A stretch of 61,782 nt of DNA from an uncultured Methanosarcinales archaeon (GCA_964405295.1 CAYONI010000005.1:1-61782); one strand, 5' to 3'. Shown: positions 1 through 9,858, counted from the stretch's first letter. The notes: generated by a model not told the origin, from the letters alone. Numbers and translations are program-made.

Positions 1-138
1 TTTAAACTTTGCTTCAGCATCTTCTGCTTTGTTTATGTCTGGATGATATTTTTTTGCAAGTTTTTTGTAGGCTTTTTTGATCTCCTCTTTAGAAGAACCC
101 TTTTCTACATTTAGTATTTTATAATAATCTTTAGACAT
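1..138 (-). CDS. dnaJ: Chaperone DnaJ, N-terminal J domain (runs off window)
   Basis: Manual translation [37 protein letters not shown], with HPD motif; downstream of dnaK. Confidence 0.95.
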   Translation of the reverse strand, partial: MSKDYYKILNVEKGSSKEEIKKAYKKLAKKYHPDINKAEDAEAKFK

Positions 139-139
139 T

Positions 140-826
140 TTATCCTTCAATTTCTTGGTCTTTATCAATATTGTGTTGTTTAAATAATTCTTCTATTGTA
201 ATATTATTTAGTTTGTTGCAGTCTTCTGGTTCTGCATCTATCTTTGAAAATAGTTGTGTTTCAAGTTTTAACAATTTCCCATCTTGGTCAACTACTTTTA
301 ACCAATCTTCATATGTTGTATACAAATGTTTATACGCAAGATGTAAATTAAGAATTCTTTTTTCAATAGATAACACTTTGCTTCCATTTGCCCTAAGATC
401 AGAATATGCTAATAATTTAGTTGGAATGTTAGGTTCAGTTATATCAAACCAAAAACCGTGTGGACGTATTAACTTTGCTATTGAGGGATAATCTTCTTTT
501 AATTCTAAATAAATCATTTCTTCATGATTTAAATCTGGATACTTAATCTTTAATTTTCTCCAAAACCTTATTTGATCTTCTGTATACTTATATTTTTCTT
601 TTACTTTTTCAAAGTCACCAGAATTACATATTGGTTTCATGATATCGTGCATTACTGCAGCAATAATCATTCTCATTTGTTCTTGATTTGTTATTAATCC
701 TTTTTTCAGATATTGCTCAGACATAAAAACTACAACTTTGATAACATTTAGAGTATGCTCTCTAATCTTTTCTGGCAAATAATATTTATCCCATAATTTA
801 AATGCTTTGTTAATACTAATTTTCAT
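140..826 (-). CDS. HD-domain phosphohydrolase
   Basis: H (REHT)...HD (VMHDIMK)...H...H...D (YSDLR) metal-binding pattern. Confidence 0.8.
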   Translation of the reverse strand: MKISINKAFKLWDKYYLPEKIREHTLNVIKVVVFMSEQYLKKGLITNQEQMRMIIAAVMHDIMKPICNSGDFEKVKEKYKYTEDQIRFWRKLKIKYPDLNHEEMIYLELKEDYPSIAKLIRPHGFWFDITEPNIPTKLLAYSDLRANGSKVLSIEKRILNLHLAYKHLYTTYEDWLKVVDQDGKLLKLETQLFSKIDAEPEDCNKLNNITIEELFKQHNIDKDQEIEG

Positions 827-827
827 T

Positions 828-1040
828 TTATACTAATGTTTTAGAATCATACATCTTTTTTGGTGTGTGATGATACATTTTTAGTTTCATTTCTTGTTCT
901 TGATTAATTGATAATAAATTATCAGAATAATCTTTAGAAAGATAAGATGCTGCTGATCCACGCTGAGCTAGAGGTTTATTAAAATCTCTTTGCAATTCAT
1001 ATTGCATGAACTTTTGCTGTTGATATATTGTCGGTGGCAT
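828..1040 (-). CDS. Small hypothetical protein
   Basis: 70-aa ORF tightly packed between dnaK and HD gene on same strand. Confidence 0.55.
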   Translation of the reverse strand: MPPTIYQQQKFMQYELQRDFNKPLAQRGSAASYLSKDYSDNLLSINQEQEMKLKMYHHTPKKMYDSKTLV

Positions 1041-1064
1041 TTTAAAAAAAAAGTAAGAAAAAAA

Positions 1065-2942
1065 CTATTTCTTTTCCTCTTTATCCTCTTTGACTTCTTC
1101 TTTGTTATCCTTAACTTCTTCGTAGTCTGCATCCACAACTTTCTCGTCATCCTTTTTACCTTCAGGCTTTTGAGATCCAGCTTGTTGTGCAGCTTGTTGT
1201 TCTGCTGCAGCTTTCTTGTACATTTCTTCTGAAACTTTCTGGAATTTTGTAGTTAATTCATCTTTTGCTTTTTTGATTAACTCATAATTCTTTTCTTTGT
1301 CTTTCAAAAGTTCTTTTAAACCATCAATATCTTTTTGGATGCTTTCTAGTTCTTTCTTGTCAACTTTGTCTCCCATTTCTTTCAGAGTTTTTTCGTATTG
1401 GAAAACAATTGCTTCTGCTTGGTTAAGAGTTTCTACTTTTTCTTTCTTAGCCTTGTCTTCTTCTGCGTGAGCTTCTGCGTCTTTTCGCATTTTCTCAATT
1501 TCTTCTTCTGAAAGATTAGTTGTTGCAGTTATCTTAATACTCTGTTCTTTCTTTGTTCCCAGATCTTTTGCAGATACATGAACAATTCCGTTTGCATCAA
1601 TATCAAATGTTACTTCGATTTGAGGTATGCCTCTTGGTGCTGGCGGAATTCCCAATAAATCAAATTGTCCTAGAGTTTTGTTATCAATAAACATTGATCT
1701 TTCTCCTTGACCTACTCTAATTGTTACAGCAGGTTGGTTGTCTGCAGCTGTACTGAAGATTTGAGATTTCTTACTTGGGATAGTTGTGTTCTTATCTATT
1801 AGTTTTGTAAATACTCCACCTAGAGTTTCAATTCCCAGACTTAGAGGTGTTACATCTAATAATAGAACGTCTTTAACTTCTCCTGCTAGGATTCCACCTT
1901 GAATTGCAGCTCCCAGAGAAACAGCTTCATCTGGATTAACAGATTTGTCTCCGTCTTTACCAGTTAATCTCTTTACCATTTCTTGAACAGCGGGTATTCT
2001 AGTTGAACCTCCCACAAGAATAACTTTGTCTATTTTTGTTTCTTTAGCATCAGCTATTGCTTTTTTTGCAGGCTCTTCTAGTTTTGTTATAATATCTCCT
2101 ATTAAAGCTTCGAATCTTGCTCTTGTTAATTCTTTTTCTAGATGTTTTGGGCCATCTTGATCTGCAGTGATAAATGGTAAGTTAATACTTGCAGTCATCT
2201 TACTTGATAATTCTATCTTAGCTTTTTCTGCAGCTTCTTTTAATCTTTGCATTGCAGTTTTGTCACTGGTTAGGTCGATGTTTGTTTGTTTTTTGAATTC
2301 ATCTGCTAACCAATTCATTACTAAGTTATCAATATCGTCTCCACCCAGGTGATTGTTTCCGCTTGTAGATTTTACTTCGAAAACTCCGTCTCCTAGTTCT
2401 AGAACAGAAACATCGAAAGTTCCTCCTCCAAAATCGAAAACTAGAATTGCGTGATCATTTGTTTTTGTTAAACCATAGGCTAAACTTGCTGCAGTTGGCT
2501 CGTTGATTATTCTTAGAACTTCTAAACCTGCAATCTTTCCTGCATCTTTAGTTGCTTGTCTTTGAGAGTCTTCAAAGTAAGCTGGAACAGTGATTACTGC
2601 TTTAGTTACTTTTTGTCCTAGATAAGCTTCTGCATCTGCTTTAAGTTTTTGCAGAATCATTGCTGAGATTTCCTGAGGAGTATAGTCTTTACCTTCTAGA
2701 GGAAATTTCTTATCTTCTCCCATGTGTCTCTTAATACTTGCAACTGTGTGTTCCGGGTTTGAAACAGCTTGGTTTCTTGCCACACGACCCACTAGTTTTT
2801 CTTTATTCTTATATGCAACTACACTAGGAGTTGTTCTTTCTCCTTCTGCATTCGGTATGATTACAGGTTTACCTGCTTCCATTACTGAAACTGCAGAGAA
2901 AGTTGTTCCAAGATCGATTCCAATTATTTTTTCTTTATTCAT
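1065..2942 (-). CDS. dnaK: Chaperone DnaK (Hsp70)
   Basis: [21 protein letters not shown] motifs. Confidence 0.99.
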   Translation of the reverse strand: MNKEKIIGIDLGTTFSAVSVMEAGKPVIIPNAEGERTTPSVVAYKNKEKLVGRVARNQAVSNPEHTVASIKRHMGEDKKFPLEGKDYTPQEISAMILQKLKADAEAYLGQKVTKAVITVPAYFEDSQRQATKDAGKIAGLEVLRIINEPTAASLAYGLTKTNDHAILVFDFGGGTFDVSVLELGDGVFEVKSTSGNNHLGGDDIDNLVMNWLADEFKKQTNIDLTSDKTAMQRLKEAAEKAKIELSSKMTASINLPFITADQDGPKHLEKELTRARFEALIGDIITKLEEPAKKAIADAKETKIDKVILVGGSTRIPAVQEMVKRLTGKDGDKSVNPDEAVSLGAAIQGGILAGEVKDVLLLDVTPLSLGIETLGGVFTKLIDKNTTIPSKKSQIFSTAADNQPAVTIRVGQGERSMFIDNKTLGQFDLLGIPPAPRGIPQIEVTFDIDANGIVHVSAKDLGTKKEQSIKITATTNLSEEEIEKMRKDAEAHAEEDKAKKEKVETLNQAEAIVFQYEKTLKEMGDKVDKKELESIQKDIDGLKELLKDKEKNYELIKKAKDELTTKFQKVSEEMYKKAAAEQQAAQQAGSQKPEGKKDDEKVVDADYEEVKDNKEEVKEDKEEKK

Positions 2943-3058
2943 TTTTTTTTACCTCGTTATTTTGTTTTATTTTAATATTATCGTCGAGCATTACTCGATA
3001 TTTTCCAGAACTTTGTTCTGGGTTTTGCCACGTTCTAGATGGGGGTTAGTAATGAAAA

Positions 3059-3676
3059 TTACAATCCTTGCCTTTGCTCTTTATCTCTTCTTTCAGATAT
3101 TTCTTTAGTAGTTTTTCCTTCATTAAAGTCTCTTTCAATTTTATCAAACTCTGCTTTAGTTTGTTTTCCAATAGAACCTCTAGAAATTTTAACTTTAGCA
3201 GATCGAATGACAACACCATTTAATTCATAACCTTCTTGTAATACTTCTAAAACTATATCAGAATTTTTATCAGAATGTTCAGTCAATAGAACTTCTTGTT
3301 TATAAGGATCAAATAATTTTCCTTCTCCATCTATTTTCTTTAATCCATTTTCTTCTAGTATTGAATAAAAGTTTGAGTAGATAAGTTCCATTCCTTTAAT
3401 GAACTCTTTTGAGTCTTTATTTTGGAATCCTAATTGAAAGTTATCTAGAATTGGTAATAAATTTTTTATTAGCTCTTTATTTGCTAACTTAGCAAATCTC
3501 AGGTTGTCATTTGCATTTCTCTTTTGAAAGTTTTCAAATTCTGCTTGTAACCTTTGTAAGTGTAGAGTTAAATCTAATTTGTCTTTGTTTAATTGTTCTA
3601 CTTTAGATATCTTTGGTGCTGCTAATCCAGTATGTCCTTTTGCAGCTGCATTCTTCTGATCTTTATTCTTGCCCAT
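3059..3676 (-). CDS. grpE: Nucleotide exchange factor GrpE
   Basis: RLQAEFENFQKR, LLPILDN, FDPYKQE, GYELNGVVIRSAKV; ATG at 3676 preferred to TTG at 3709. Confidence 0.95.
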   Translation of the reverse strand: MGKNKDQKNAAAKGHTGLAAPKISKVEQLNKDKLDLTLHLQRLQAEFENFQKRNANDNLRFAKLANKELIKNLLPILDNFQLGFQNKDSKEFIKGMELIYSNFYSILEENGLKKIDGEGKLFDPYKQEVLLTEHSDKNSDIVLEVLQEGYELNGVVIRSAKVKISRGSIGKQTKAEFDKIERDFNEGKTTKEISERRDKEQRQGL

Positions 3677-3734
3677 CCTAAACCCCTTGATTCGTTGACT
3701 TAAGCTCAACGTAAGAAGGGGTAATATCTACTTG

Positions 3735-3748
3735 TTTATAAAGTTTTC
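3735..3748 (-). promoter_or_regulatory. Putative BRE/TATA promoter of grpE-dnaK operon
   Basis: Minus strand GAAAACTTTATAAA; similar purine-rich+TTTATAAA motifs precede many genes in this window. Confidence 0.55.
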
Positions 3749-3757
3749 GGTGAGATA
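3749..3757 (+). repeat. Left target-site duplication GGTGAGATA
   Basis: Identical 9-mer at 11966-11974, each directly abutting a TIR. Confidence 0.9.
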
Positions 3758-3784
3758 GGCTTTGTGTAATAATAGAAGTAGTTT

Positions 3785-4876
3785 TTACACAAGGTTTTTC
3801 TTTTTTACACAGGCTTCGAAATCTATGTTTATTTTGTTTTCAAATGCTTCTTGTATTAAGACACAGATGTTGTGGCATAAGAATTTGATTTTTATTTCGT
3901 TTGAGTTTGCTATTTCTGTTTTTGTGTTTAAGTGATCTCCAAATCTCTTTTTTATCATATGGAATCCACACTCTATGTTACTTCTAGCATGATATTTTTT
4001 CATGAATTTTTCTTTGTTGTATTTAAATTCTAAGAACATTTTTCTCCATATTGGTGATCCTCTGGCTTTCCCATTAGTATTTTTCTTAAATGGAATGTAA
4101 GAGTTTAATCCTAATTCATGTAAGAACTCGTGAACTCTTTTACTACTGTAAGCTTTGTCTGCGGTGAAGTTTTCTAAGTTAAAGTGTTTGGTTTTGTTCC
4201 CTATAACTTTTTCCAGCATAGAAATGTCTCCTTTGTTTTTTGTTGTTACTTCTACTGATAAGAAAGTGTTTGTTTTACAACCTATTACTGCATGGGCTTT
4301 TCTCCATACTCTTTCTTTACCAGTATGTTTGCCCCATTTGTAATTAAACCATTGGTCAAATCTTGATATTGAGAATCCTGTGCTGTCTATTGCTCCTGTT
4401 GTTTCAAGTTGTGCTAAGGGAATTGCTGTTATTAGAATTAGATCGTCTATTATTTTGTTTAGTTCTTTTGAGTTAAAGAAGTTATCTATACTTTTGAAAC
4501 AAGGAACTTTATTTATGTAATGTAAGTTTTTTAGTTCTTTTAATATGCTTTCAGCTTTTCTTAGGTCACTTTTGTAATAAACTTTTATGCACATTGAGAA
4601 TATTCTATCTTTAATACTATAAGGTTTTCTTCCTGGTTTAGGCAATGCTTCTTCAATTGATAAGAATAATAATTCTTCTAATAATTTTTTGAATAAAACA
4701 TCTTCATTAGTTTTAGCATTGTTATATGCGTTCCAGTCTTGAGAATAAGTTTCTTTTTTAGGTTTTATTTCTTCTTCTGGTTCTATAGGTTCAATTGGTT
4801 TAATGAAAGTGTACTGCCCAGAGTGAGTAGGGTATAATTCTATTACTTCATCTTTAGTATTTTCGGCTGATTTCAT
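3785..4876 (-). CDS. IS5-family DDE transposase
   Basis: AIDSTG, TADKAY, YHARSNIECGFHMIK (DDE + Y-R-E-K motif); N-terminal DWNAYN like IS903-group NWxxYN. Confidence 0.92.
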   Translation of the reverse strand: MKSAENTKDEVIELYPTHSGQYTFIKPIEPIEPEEEIKPKKETYSQDWNAYNNAKTNEDVLFKKLLEELLFLSIEEALPKPGRKPYSIKDRIFSMCIKVYYKSDLRKAESILKELKNLHYINKVPCFKSIDNFFNSKELNKIIDDLILITAIPLAQLETTGAIDSTGFSISRFDQWFNYKWGKHTGKERVWRKAHAVIGCKTNTFLSVEVTTKNKGDISMLEKVIGNKTKHFNLENFTADKAYSSKRVHEFLHELGLNSYIPFKKNTNGKARGSPIWRKMFLEFKYNKEKFMKKYHARSNIECGFHMIKKRFGDHLNTKTEIANSNEIKIKFLCHNICVLIQEAFENKINIDFEACVKKKNLV

Positions 4877-4930
4877 ATAAACATAGAAATATGTTTCTAT
4901 TTAAATAGTTTTCGTAACTCTTAAGTAATA

Positions 4931-4971
4931 TCGGCTTAAAATATAGAAAAATATTTAAATGATTAAGCCGA
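4931..4971. promoter_or_regulatory. Inverted repeat TCGGCTTAA/TTAAGCCGA flanking TATA-like box in divergent promoter
   Basis: Perfect 9-bp IR around TATTTAAA between transposase and AbrB-like gene. Confidence 0.5.
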
Positions 4972-4982
4972 CTTTAATAAAT

Positions 4983-5219
4983 ATGGCTGAAATTAACAAA
5001 GAAGAGCTTGCAAACATAGTAGGATACCACGAGGACTCAGAATACCTAAAAGAAGACAGAGCAATAATAAAAGACAAAAAACAATACTCAGTAAGAATCC
5101 CAGCTAAATTTGCAGAAAAAGCTAACATAAAAAAAGAAGACAAATTCAGATTTGTTTTAATACCACCAAATGAAGAAGAAACAGAATTCACAATACAAGC
5201 AACACTAATAAAAAAATGA
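4983..5219 (+). CDS. AbrB/SpoVT-like DNA-binding protein
   Basis: KQYSVRIPAKFAEKANIKKEDKFRF swapped-hairpin pattern; ATG 4983 preferred. Confidence 0.7.
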   Translation: MAEINKEELANIVGYHEDSEYLKEDRAIIKDKKQYSVRIPAKFAEKANIKKEDKFRFVLIPPNEEETEFTIQATLIKK

Positions 5220-5398
5220 AAAAACAAGAATTCAACCCAATAGAGAAAAAAATACTACGATTATTATATCAATCAAAAACAGAACTAACAACCTATGAAG
5301 TAGCAAAATACGCAGAAATAAGCTACCCAACATCAAAAAAATACCTAAAAGAATTAATAAAAAAAGGAGCCATAGAAAAAAATGAAAAAGAAAACTAA
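5216..5398 (+). CDS. Winged helix-turn-helix protein
   Basis: ILRLLY...LTTYEVAKYAEISYPTSKKYLKELIKKG HTH pattern. Confidence 0.75.
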   Translation: MKKQEFNPIEKKILRLLYQSKTELTTYEVAKYAEISYPTSKKYLKELIKKGAIEKNEKEN

Positions 5399-5542
5399 AA
5401 GAAAACCAACAACATACAAATTCAAATTCAACCTACTAAAAGGAATACTCAAAAGAAAAAAAAGAAAATAAAAGCACAACCACAAGACAACAAAGCGTGA
5501 GCTTTAAATAAAAAGTATATCAATTTATGTGGAGAAGAAATT

Positions 5543-7537
5543 ATGAAAAGAGAAGAAACTAATGATATTATGCAATATCTTGTGCCTAAACTAAAGGATG
5601 TAAATATTAATATATCCATTTGTAAAATAGACGTTACAACTGAAAAAAGTGGAAATAAAAGAGGGGATATTTGGATTTCTATTGAAAAACACGAATCAAG
5701 AAACTTTGAAAAAAATATAATTGCCTTAATTGAAGCGAAGCACAAAAATTCCACTATAGGAGATATTGATTGGAGAGATGCTATGCGTCAAGGTAAAGAA
5801 AAGTCATTAAAACAACATTTAGACTATTATATTGTTACTAATTGCAGATCAGAAGTAAGGTTTTATAATTCTCATAATGATGAGGAGATAATACTTGATG
5901 GTAAGGTAATTACTGGACTTGTACCAATTGATGTTTTACAAAAAATTCAAACACAAGTAAACAAGGAAAATTCTTATGTTATACATAAAGTTAGTAAAGT
6001 AATTAAACCTATATCAGAACATAAATTTAGAAATACGCTTAAAAAATTAGCTGATGTTTATAGAAGTGCTGGACTAAAAAAAGGAGATGAGAGAATTGAT
6101 CCAACCATAAGTTTTGTTGTTTTAAAATATATTTCTGAAAAAGAACAAGAACAAAGAACTTTAGATAAAGTCATAAAATTGTGGCACAATTTAAATGATA
6201 TTGCTTCTGAAAAATCTGTTGGAGATTTAAGAGTTGAATTTGACACAATGGTTAATTTGATTTGGGGGAATAAGAGTAGATACAAAGACAATATCTATAA
6301 GGACTTTAAAGATTTAATGATTTTCCCTTCTAAACTAAAAGATGAACATTTTAAGAAGATGTATGCTGAATTAGATGATTATCATTTTCATGGTGCAAAT
6401 TTTGATTTATTTGGTGCAATTTATGAAGAGTTTGCTTCACAAACAAAAAAGAGAGAATTTGGAGAATTTTACACAAGAAGACATATTACTGGTATGGTTG
6501 CAAGAATATTATTAAGAAAAGAAACTAATCCAAGAGAACTTAAAATATGTGATAATGCTTGTGGCACGGGAGGTTTTCTCACAGAGGCTTATAAGGCTCT
6601 TATAATGAATTATTCTGCAAATAATAAACTAAATAAAAATATCTTAAAACAACTTAAACAGAAAACATTTTGGGGTTATGATAACGATGATAAATCTGTA
6701 GCAAGAACAAAATTAAATATGTTTCTTGTAGGTGATGGGCACATTCATATTTACGAAAATGATTCATTAAATGGATGGAATTCAGAAATGGGGTATGAAG
6801 AAAACACTTTTGATTATATCCTAACTAATCCTCCAATGGGTAAATATGATGGTGAAGTAAGTATTAATAATTTTGAGTTTACAAATGAAAGTAAATATGA
6901 ATTGATGTTTTTAGAAAGAGTAATTAAATCTACTAAACCAGGTGGAGAAATTGCAATTGTAATTAATGATGGGACTCTTGAGACTCCATCTAAAGGAGAT
7001 TTTCGGAAAAAAATACTAGAACATTGTAATATCCATGCAGTTATATCTCTAACTAAATTCGCTTTTGCACCTTACACAAAAGAAAAAACATATATAATGT
7101 TTTTACAGAAAAAACAAGATGAAAATGTTGGAGACTTTCAGAAATCCCCAATATGGCATTTTATTGTTGATTATGATAGTTATGCTAATAGTGATAAGAG
7201 ATACAAAACAAAATATCATGATGATTTGCCCGAATTGGAGCAAAATTTTGATTCTGCAATTAAATTATCAAATATTTTTTTAAGTAATTCGTCTATTTTC
7301 AAAAATAGTAGGAGTAATTTTGAACGAGAAGTAAATGACCGAGAAAAAGAAGAGGGACTCGAAGGTCTTAAATATGGATTTATTGAGATAGAAAGAGTCA
7401 ATAAGGGAAATTTCTATAACTTACTAAGTGAATACCATCTTAGACCTTATCAATTAAAGCAAATAAAAGAATCTGATTTTAATTTAAATTTCAAAAAAAT
7501 ACAAGAGAAATTAAAAAGCTTGAGTGAGGGAAAATGA
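5543..7537 (+). CDS. Fused restriction endonuclease-N6 adenine methyltransferase (type IIB/IIG-like RM subunit)
   Basis: N-terminal GD-x-EAK nuclease motif; FGEFYT, DNACGTGGF (motif I), NPPM (motif IV). Confidence 0.88.
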   Translation: MKREETNDIMQYLVPKLKDVNINISICKIDVTTEKSGNKRGDIWISIEKHESRNFEKNIIALIEAKHKNSTIGDIDWRDAMRQGKEKSLKQHLDYYIVTNCRSEVRFYNSHNDEEIILDGKVITGLVPIDVLQKIQTQVNKENSYVIHKVSKVIKPISEHKFRNTLKKLADVYRSAGLKKGDERIDPTISFVVLKYISEKEQEQRTLDKVIKLWHNLNDIASEKSVGDLRVEFDTMVNLIWGNKSRYKDNIYKDFKDLMIFPSKLKDEHFKKMYAELDDYHFHGANFDLFGAIYEEFASQTKKREFGEFYTRRHITGMVARILLRKETNPRELKICDNACGTGGFLTEAYKALIMNYSANNKLNKNILKQLKQKTFWGYDNDDKSVARTKLNMFLVGDGHIHIYENDSLNGWNSEMGYEENTFDYILTNPPMGKYDGEVSINNFEFTNESKYELMFLERVIKSTKPGGEIAIVINDGTLETPSKGDFRKKILEHCNIHAVISLTKFAFAPYTKEKTYIMFLQKKQDENVGDFQKSPIWHFIVDYDSYANSDKRYKTKYHDDLPELEQNFDSAIKLSNIFLSNSSIFKNSRSNFEREVNDREKEEGLEGLKYGFIEIERVNKGNFYNLLSEYHLRPYQLKQIKESDFNLNFKKIQEKLKSLSEGK

Positions 7538-8619
7538 TTAAAAGTGAATTTGGAGAATTATTCAATTATCTCTCAGAAACTAATATCACAGAACAATATT
7601 TCTATGAACACAGAGGAGATTTTCCAGTATATAGTGGACAAACTAAAAACGAGGGGGTGGTTGCATATATCGATTCAGCTAATCAAAAAGAACCAAGTTT
7701 AGTTTTTACTACTTATGGTAGTGCTGGAAAATTAAACTATCGAGAAGGAAATTTTACTATAGGTAGAAATGCTATGGGTTTAAGGCCTAAGAAGAAATAC
7801 AAACAAGATATTAACTTAAAATGGTTTGCTTATAAATTTCAGAATCTTTTTTATAGGTTAAGAATAGGAGATCCCCAAGGTCAAAAAAGCTTAAATAAAT
7901 TGTTGCTTAATAAGATTTCAATAGAAATTCCAGATAAAAAAATTCAGATTAAACAATTATCTTATTATCAAAAAGCCACTGCTCTTAAAAAAGAAATATT
8001 AAACATAAAGACTGAATTGGATAATTTTTTAAAAAGCAAACAACTGATTAAAAAAGCTAAGTATAAAGAACAGATAAAAAAGATTTTTAAGATAGTTGGT
8101 GGCAACAGTGGATTAACTGAAGAATTTGTATATTACAATCAACCAACAAATAATGAAGAAAAAATTAATATTTTATCTGGTGCAACAATAGAAAACAATT
8201 TACTTGGGTTGGTTAACATTAGCTCTAAACTACATAATAAAAAATTAAAGGTATTTGTGGCACCATTTATTCAAATTGTGCGTAAAGGTTTAGCTGGACA
8301 TATGAGGTTTTTTAATAAAGGAAAATTTGTTGCCAATGATGATATTTATATTCTTAAAGTTAGAAATGAATGGAAAGATAGAATAAACTTAAGATGGTTT
8401 TGTTACCAATATCAAGAACTATTTTTTAATCTTGTAACATCAAAAAGTGATAATGCTACTTTTAATAAGAAATATACCGAAGAGCAATTTATTGAAATCC
8501 CTAATGAAAAAATTCAAAAAGAAATAACAGAAAAATTACTTATTTGTGATAATTTATTGAGTTTTATAAAAAGTTTAAGTTTAGAATTAGATAACCTTAT
8601 TGAGTGTGAAATTGTATGA
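7534..8619 (+). CDS. Restriction-modification specificity (HsdS-like) subunit
   Basis: Two repeated TRD-like halves (INLKWFAY / INLRWFCY; IEIPDKKIQ / IEIPNEKIQ); overlaps MTase stop. Confidence 0.85.
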   Translation: MIKSEFGELFNYLSETNITEQYFYEHRGDFPVYSGQTKNEGVVAYIDSANQKEPSLVFTTYGSAGKLNYREGNFTIGRNAMGLRPKKKYKQDINLKWFAYKFQNLFYRLRIGDPQGQKSLNKLLLNKISIEIPDKKIQIKQLSYYQKATALKKEILNIKTELDNFLKSKQLIKKAKYKEQIKKIFKIVGGNSGLTEEFVYYNQPTNNEEKINILSGATIENNLLGLVNISSKLHNKKLKVFVAPFIQIVRKGLAGHMRFFNKGKFVANDDIYILKVRNEWKDRINLRWFCYQYQELFFNLVTSKSDNATFNKKYTEEQFIEIPNEKIQKEITEKLLICDNLLSFIKSLSLELDNLIECEIV

Positions 8620-8659
8620 TGGTATTTTTCTTATAAAATAAAAGCTTACTCAAAATAGA

Positions 8660-9043
8660 TTATTTAATACCTGTTAGTACATCAACTTTTTTTTGTGTTT
8701 CATCATCAAGATTTTTTGAATTATCCATTATTTCTTGAATTTTTTCTTGAATAATTGTGTTTTTGTCTCCCTGAATAATTTGAACATTTTCAGAATTTAT
8801 TATTATTGGTGCATCTTTCTCTTTAGATTTATTTTTTTTAAAGAATTTAATAATATAAGGAGTAAGTATGCTTGCAGTAACATTTATACCAATTTGTAAA
8901 GCAAGAGGGATTGAAGTTTCTTCACCATATGCAGAACGTATATAAAAACCTCCTTTAACATTTTTTATTGAACAGAGCTCTTCCTTAAATTCTTTCACTT
9001 GTGCTCTATTTACTCCTTTAATATCAAAAAATATTTGTTTCAT
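8660..9043 (-). CDS. Hypothetical protein
   Basis: 127-aa ORF with one hydrophobic segment; co-oriented with 9069-9377. Confidence 0.65.
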   Translation of the reverse strand: MKQIFFDIKGVNRAQVKEFKEELCSIKNVKGGFYIRSAYGEETSIPLALQIGINVTASILTPYIIKFFKKNKSKEKDAPIIINSENVQIIQGDKNTIIQEKIQEIMDNSKNLDDETQKKVDVLTGIK

Positions 9044-9068
9044 TTATATTACCAAATTAAATATTTAA

Positions 9069-9377
9069 CTAGGGTTCTGTTTGGTCTGTTTTTTTGTATG
9101 CATAAATATATTTTGCGTCTTCGTCTGCACCACCTGTGCCACCATCAGTTCCAATAGTTTCAATAAAGTAGTTTTCAATTTCTCGAGCATCTTCAAAGTT
9201 ATCTGCTTCTTTATATATACGCCATGCATTTTGTTTTGGTACTTTATGATCACCAAATAATCTTTGTTCAATATCTTCAGTAATTCCAACATACCAAGTT
9301 TTCTTTTTGCTACCTTCTTTGTTGATATGTGCAAGTATTTCTCTTTTTATTTGTTCTTTTTCCATATAAATCACCAT
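9069..9377 (-). CDS. Small GIY-YIG-like nuclease-fold protein
   Basis: WYVGITEDIEQRL...H...AREIE pattern; YIYAY at C-terminus. Confidence 0.6.
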   Translation of the reverse strand: MVIYMEKEQIKREILAHINKEGSKKKTWYVGITEDIEQRLFGDHKVPKQNAWRIYKEADNFEDAREIENYFIETIGTDGGTGGADEDAKYIYAYKKTDQTEP

Positions 9378-9463
9378 TTAGTTTAAGTTATTATTGATAA
9401 AAACACAAATTTTTATAAACTTTTCTATAAATTCGGCTGAAAGTATATACTATTATAAAAAGC

Positions 9464-9525
9464 AATAAAAGTGCAAAAACACCTATTTTTTGTACAAAAG
9501 CAATAAAGGTGCAAAGCTAATATAT
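9464..9525 (+). repeat. 62-bp module copy 1 (AATAAAAGTGCAAAAA...AATAAAGGTGCAAA..AATATATT)
   Basis: Same two boxes, same 38-bp offset, at 9797-9858. Confidence 0.7.
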
Positions 9526-9589
9526 TTGGCTTTGCACATTTAATTAGTCTTTTTGCACATTATTAGAATTTTCACAGAATTTAAAGTAA

Positions 9590-9745
9590 TTATTTTTTTA
9601 ATTCAAACTTTTTACATTTCCCATCCTTTAACTTCCCATTCACACTACATCTAAAAGGAACACCAATACTTCTTACATTTGCACCTTCAGGTATTTCACC
9701 TTCATTACCATGTTTACATTTTCTACAAAGAGGGTATAACTCCAT
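9590..9745 (-). CDS. Small Cys-rich (zinc-finger-like) protein, 51 aa, not in ORF track
   Basis: Manual translation MELYPLCRKCKHGNEGEIPEGANVRSIGVPFRCSVNGKLKDGKCKKFELKK. Confidence 0.65.
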   Translation of the reverse strand: MELYPLCRKCKHGNEGEIPEGANVRSIGVPFRCSVNGKLKDGKCKKFELKK

Positions 9746-9796
9746 ATTATATATAAAAATAAAGCTTATATTTAAATTAGCCGATTATTAAAAGTG

Positions 9797-9858
9797 AATA
9801 AAAGTGCAAAAATCATTTATAAATATGCAAATCAAATAAAGGTGCAAAACCAATATAT
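9797..9858 (+). repeat. 62-bp module copy 2
   Basis: Direct imperfect repeat of 9464-9525. Confidence 0.7.
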
